Positions 58,356-64,000 of a stretch of 64,000 nucleotides of DNA are shown here, piece by piece. The number at the start of each line of letters is the position of its first letter. Positions within the stretch are counted from its first letter, which is position 1. Where the stretch lies: contig OZ024743.1 of assembly GCA_964016885.1 (NCBI GenBank), positions 376,278,001 to 376,342,000 of the forward strand. Reading direction: 5' to 3'. Origin of the DNA: Eledone cirrhosa. Taxonomy: Eukaryota. Both the position numbers and the translations under genes were made by a program. Under the pieces are notes generated by a model. The model saw nothing but the letters and a program-made list of their open reading frames with translations. It had not been told where the DNA came from and searched no databases.

Positions 58356-60535
58356 ACAAATATATGAAGTGAAATGCTGACACTACAGGATATTTTTACT
58401 TCGCTCTTTAAGCTGTCATTCACCAACTCATATTTTATTTTATCTAGTTGATCTGAATATCTTATCGGGGTCCTGTAAGACCAGTACCAATAACCTACAG
58501 TGGTAAATTCAATTGACTATACTATATCTCGTGTACTATATTATACTATCATACACTATACTATACTACACTCTACTCTACTTTACTATTCTATACTATA
58601 TCTATACCAGACTCTACCCGGGCTCTGAAATATTTGGGACAGATAAAATGTCGGTGGATTAGCCGAATGGTTAGATTGACTTGATAAAGTAGCGGTGGAT
58701 TAACAGAATCGATAGAGCGATGGTTAAAATTCCTTGTAATGTTTAATTTCTGTCTCCTTCTGAGTATAAGGATTGACATATTCTAATATGTTATAAATTA
58801 TTTTATAGATCAGAATATTTAATATCAAAAATTATTCCAGCATTTCTGAATGTATATTCATGATGATTATATCGTAATTTAAAATGATTTTCAGTCTACC
58901 GGATATATTCTTTAGAAACTGAATTGATAGCTGTGAATAAGTTTTACAATACATTTTTATAATACGTGGCATCGATTTCGAAAGGCATAGATTATTTAAT
59001 GGATAATTTACGAAATGAAAACCATTGCACTAAAAGAGAAGAATTGGATATAGATAGCTTTTAAGATTTTATAGTTTCAAAAGCCCTGTATTTAAAGGAG
59101 AAAGAACATTTTCTCGAATCAGATTTTCTATATTTAAAAGGTAGAGATAATTACGAAGGATTGGAAACCTGATATTTAAAATTGAGAGGATATTTTCAAA
59201 ACTTAATGACCTAATATGCTGCTGGTGTTTAGCCCCAGGTCAAACCTGATCGCACATACCATTGATTAAAGGCATCCAAAGGATCACCACACATCTAATG
59301 TGTCATTATTTCCTTTAAAAACCGAAAGTTTGTATTTGAGGGGGATTCAACTGCTATTTTTCATGCGGGACTCCTTATATTTAAAGAGGTGGTAAAATTA
59401 TTCAGGTTCAGAGGTCGTATATTTCAAGAGAGTGTAAACGGGATATCACGATGTTCATGCCTTTCCCAAGCACATTAGATGTGTGTGTAAAGTGAAATGA
59501 CTTTATTTGGGAGACAAATCTGAACTCAACTGGCCAGGAGTTGATCTCTTGATCGTTGAAACTTAGTATATTTTATTCTGTCCAATATGAAAGATGAAAT
59601 AAATTTATTCGTAGGTTTAAGCTTTTGTGAAAAAGAAAGAAAAAACACTTGCCTACCAAGTCACTTAAAATTTCTACTTGAAAAATCAGAATAAACCTAC
59701 ATTATTTTTTATAAATACAAAAGAAAAAAATCAACAAAAAATCTGTTTTTACGTATTAAACAGATACAATTTTAAAATCTACGGAAAAGTCCGGTCGATG
59801 AGAGAAAGAAACGGTGATATTAGAATATTAGATTGAATACAATGTGGATGATAATAGTGGTAAATCATTTAGGAAAGAAAAAAATTGCTTTGAAAGGACG
59901 GGGGTGGGGATAATACAAAGATCGGATAAGATACGAAATCATTTCTAAATGTTGGAGCAATTTAAAGAAAATAGAAATAAATAAAGATTGAGCGGTAGTT
60001 CTGAAAACAATGATTTTCTTTGTTGCTTTTTATTCAATATCCGTTATTTAATTAACGATTTTTGCTTCTATGTTGACTTCTGTCGTTTCAATATCTATTT
60101 TTAAGAAAATAATAATCATCTAATCGAAGTATACTTCCGTTTAGTTTCTCGGGAGCCCTCTCTACACTCTTAACCGATTATTGTGCTGGAAGTCAAGTTT
60201 CGCTCCATTCGAGTGTTTACTGAAGAAAACGAAAATGAATAAAATAAATATAAAAACAAAATGACAATCAAGTCTAGAATAAAGTTACACTGCCGGAAGT
60301 TGGAGCAGGTTGAAAGAACGACTAAAATGTTTGAGGAAATACGATTTACAAATAGGCTTGGCTGAATAGTCTTCAATAATGTCGTCTACTGACCACAAAA
60401 GATGGCGAAATTGATAAAAGGTGGAACACAATGAGGAAAAGAAGTATATAAAGACGTTTAGAGGAAGAAAATATAAAATATAGGCAGGTAAATTGGAGAA
60501 CAATGACAAACAAAAGAATAGCTACAAAACCTTTT

Positions 60536-60587
<52 letters not shown>

Positions 60588-60677
60588 GAATAACAACGAC
60601 AGTCCATATCTAACCATTTTTATGTGCAGACAATGTGTTTGTTTGTTATAAATTTCGAAGAAATATCCATGGTACAA

Positions 60678-60747
60678 AAAGAAGAAGAAGAAGAAGAAGA
60701 AGAAGAAGAAGAAGAAGAAGAAGAAGAAGAAGAAGAAGAAGAAGAAG
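60678..60747. repeat. (AAG)n microsatellite
   Basis: Read directly. Confidence 0.95.
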
Positions 60748-60824
60748 ATCTAATATTCTAGAGAAGACATCTGAAATTTCCTCAATAATTCTATCGTTTT
60801 TTTCTATTTTACACACTCACACAC

Positions 60825-60864
<40 letters not shown>

Positions 60865-60879
60865 AACCAGTAGGACCCC

Positions 60880-60976
60880 AAAGTTACGTATGTTAAATGA
60901 AAGAATGAAAGGTGAAGACAATATAGGAAATAATGTATACAATATACATGTGTGTGTGTGTGTGTGTGTGTGATTT

Positions 60977-61048
<72 letters not shown>

Positions 61049-61141
61049 AAATCACACACACACACACACACATGTATATTGTATACATTATTTCCTATAT
61101 TGTCTTCACCTTTCATTCTTTCATTTAACATACGTAACTTT
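60880..61141. repeat. ~260-bp palindrome centred on (TA)n
   Basis: Arms are exact reverse complements except (TG)12 vs (CA)10. Confidence 0.95.
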
Positions 61142-61344
61142 ATTTATAGATTAATAAAAGAAACAAAACAGAAGACAGAAGTTAAAAGACATAAAACGAA
61201 GCAGGACAAAATAAATAAATAAATAAATAAATAAACAGACACACAAACACACATATATTTTTATACGTGTGTGTTTGTGAATAGGTATATATAAATACAT
61301 ACATCTTATATATATATGTATGGGTGCGTGTATACATTCATACA

Positions 61345-61395
<51 letters not shown>

Positions 61396-61968
61396 GGATT
61401 AAGAGGAGGGGCTGTGTGGTTACTGATAACAGGTATTAAAAGGTAAGGAGACACAAACAAAAGATGGACAGTCTCCCTTCGTCAGTAGTCTACTACTACG
61501 GGTCACGGATGTTTCGAAGTATGTGTGCGTGTGTGTGTGTTCATACATATTTACAAATTTATATACGCATACACCTGAATGTCTTTCAGTGGATAGTAAC
61601 CACAATGCACATACACTACATAAAGGTATTAAGTTTAACTCAACCTTGACCGCTGTCCACATTATACCTGTTTTTACTTTTTATCTATCCTTTCCTCTTT
61701 TTGCTCACTAGTAAACATCTTTTTCTCACTTTTCCCACTTAGATTCAGTACTACTTTTACTCTTTTCATCTCTAACTGTTTTCGACAAAAGCCTCTCCTC
61801 CGAAACATTCATACTTCTCATCCTTATGGGCAAATGTTTTATTCCACTTTGGTGCTAGCTCTGATTGATAATGCTTGGTGAGGGAAACCATTACCAGCGC
61901 TCGACGATTCTAATATCATTAAACATAACGATGCACCTCACACACACACACCTATATCTATATATATA

Positions 61969-62157
61969 TATACTACTAAAACTCTGTGATTGTGTGCTTC
62001 TCTGTAATTTAATACAGCCAACACGGCGCATAATGGGAAAATAGTTTGAAAGGAAGTTGCCCGTGAAATGGGAATAGAAATTGAATAAAACAAGTTTCGC
62101 GTAAATCAGAGCACGGGTTCCCGAGATACGGGGTTTTTCCGAGTACATTCATAAATG

Positions 62158-62244
<87 letters not shown>

Positions 62245-62284
62245 GTATAAACACATAAACACACATAAACACACATAAACACAC

Positions 62285-62327
<43 letters not shown>

Positions 62328-62429
62328 AATATATGGGCCTTCCAATTTCATTTTACATTATATACATATCTGTATATATTTTAATAATTTAAAAATTATT
62401 TTTAAGTGAACGTGACCCAACGGGTCTAG
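61969..62429 (+). mobile_element. Possible non-autonomous Helitron-like element
   Basis: Ends in hairpin GACCC-aac-GGGTC overlapping CTAG followed by T; internal (CA)n; 5' end uncertain. Confidence 0.3.
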
Positions 62430-62854
62430 TATATCTATATCAATATATACATATTAAGCACGTTTCTTGGATTAGAATTAGGTTAGCTTAGCTATTGTTG
62501 TGTGTGTGTTTTGTGTGAGTGTGTGTGTGTTTGTGTTTGTGAAAAGTTGCTGTTGCAATTTGTAATGTTGCCAAAATTTGAAGCAGGTTGTTCGGTGTAT
62601 CATCTTCACAAGCACTGCATGTCATAAGACATCGAGCAGATATAACAAATACCCCACGACTTATCGGTAAAAAAGTTACTATTTTAAAGATACATGTAAA
62701 ACATATTATACGTATCGATCATTGATATTCAGTCATCGGTGATTTATGTAGAAGACCATGACACTGGGACCGTGATTGATTGAGTTTTTATGTGTCTGCA
62801 GACCGTTGATGAAATCGATTCAGCCACGGAAATAACGGATATATAATGTAATAC

Positions 62855-62894
<40 letters not shown>

Positions 62895-62989
62895 TTTATG
62901 TTGCGTCGATTACCAACGGTAAGATCCGGTATCATGCTGGTTTGTAAACCATGGTGTAATAAATAATTTAATATATTGATATATGTATG

Positions 62990-63039
<50 letters not shown>

Positions 63040-63092
63040 GGTTTATAATAATTAACTGCCTTTGGTCTTCTTTTCAATGTTATATATATATA

Positions 63093-63535
63093 ACATTGCT
63101 GTAGTGGAGTCTGTGCTGCTGTATGGGTCTGAGACTTGGACACTGACCAAGAAACTCACTCAGATGGTGGATGGGTGCTACACGAGAATGCTGAGGATGG
63201 CTCTGAACATTAATCAGTATACACTGTGGATGAAAAACTCAGAGCTGTATGGGAGCATCCCAAAAGTCAGCTCAAAAGTGACACAGAGGAGACTGAGGTT
63301 AGCTGGACATGCTCACCGACATCCAGAGTTGACATTGCACTCAGTGCTCCTTTGGGAGCCCCTACATGGACACACTAGAAGAGGAAGACCAAGGTTAACC
63401 TATGTTGATGCCCTAAGGACAGACACTGGTCTGTTGGAGACGCAGGACATGGCAGCGATAATGAGGGACAGAGACCGCTGGAGAGCACTCGTCCAAGGAT
63501 CTCGGGAATTTTACCCGCCTTAAAAAAAAAAAAAA
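63093..63535 (+). mobile_element. RTE-type LINE 3' fragment
   Basis: ESVLLYGSETW, RRLRLAGH, RRGRP and DRDRWR motifs; TAA runs into poly(A) then (TA)n. Confidence 0.85.
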
Positions 63536-64000
63536 TATATATATATATATATAAAGATTTAGCGAGAATCGCATTTCGGAAGGCAGGAAAAGCGAAACGC
63601 AAAAATCAGAAATGATACTGGCAAAGTGCTCAATAGTTAAAAACTAGAGCTAAACAATGTGTTAAGAAGCCATACAAAACTGAAAAGGTGGTCAAGAAGG
63701 CATTAACCACCCACGCCCAAAACCAAATCAAGCTAAAGAGATCAAAACAAAATAAATGATAAAAAATAAATGATAACCAGACCTGGACTCCCGGAATTGC
63801 TGTTAAAATCCGATGTAGAGTTTCTGTGACACATAAATCAAAATACAGTCTGCTTAAAAATATAAGCTTTGTGTATAATGATCGAACAAGGAATATCACG
63901 TTATCAACAAGTATTTCGCTCTGTACCAAATAAGTGAATGACACGGTGGTAAGTTAAACCACGTGTGGAAATCACAAGGGGAATAACCCCAGATTTTGGC

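Noticed and set aside
61465-61520. Second hammerhead motif on the minus strand (GAAAC...CTGACGA)
   Set aside because: Stems II/III and the cleavage triplet cannot be built convincingly
63630-63944. Hydrophobic 104-aa ORF as a host membrane-protein exon
   Set aside because: No recognisable motif; T-rich composition explains the hydrophobicity

Overview
AT-rich, microsatellite-dense eukaryotic DNA; the repeat content looks mollusc/cephalopod-like, which is inference only. No host gene can be supported. Positions 1-48105 are an uninterrupted array of non-LTR retrotransposons, nearly all separated by (AAT)n tracts of one polarity. Three subfamilies of a two-ORF Tx1/L1-clade element (here TxA, TxB, TxC; APE-RT-CCHC) all lie on the minus strand. 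Two families of R4/Dong-like RLE elements all lie on the plus strand. A recent ~12.9-kb tandem duplication has its crossover inside a TxA copy. Two TxA copies have both ORFs intact. Element-level signals: a GTAAGT splice-donor/U1 motif 39-40 nt upstream of the ORF2 AUG in both TxA and TxC, with a candidate acceptor in the TxA 3' UTR; sense-strand 5' UTR hairpins; and a covarying 3' hairpin in the Dong-like elements. Positions 48106-64000 are intergenic-like: SINE fragments, a Penelope-type hammerhead-like motif, fold-back palindromes, a 23-bp minisatellite, an RTE 3' fragment and many microsatellites.
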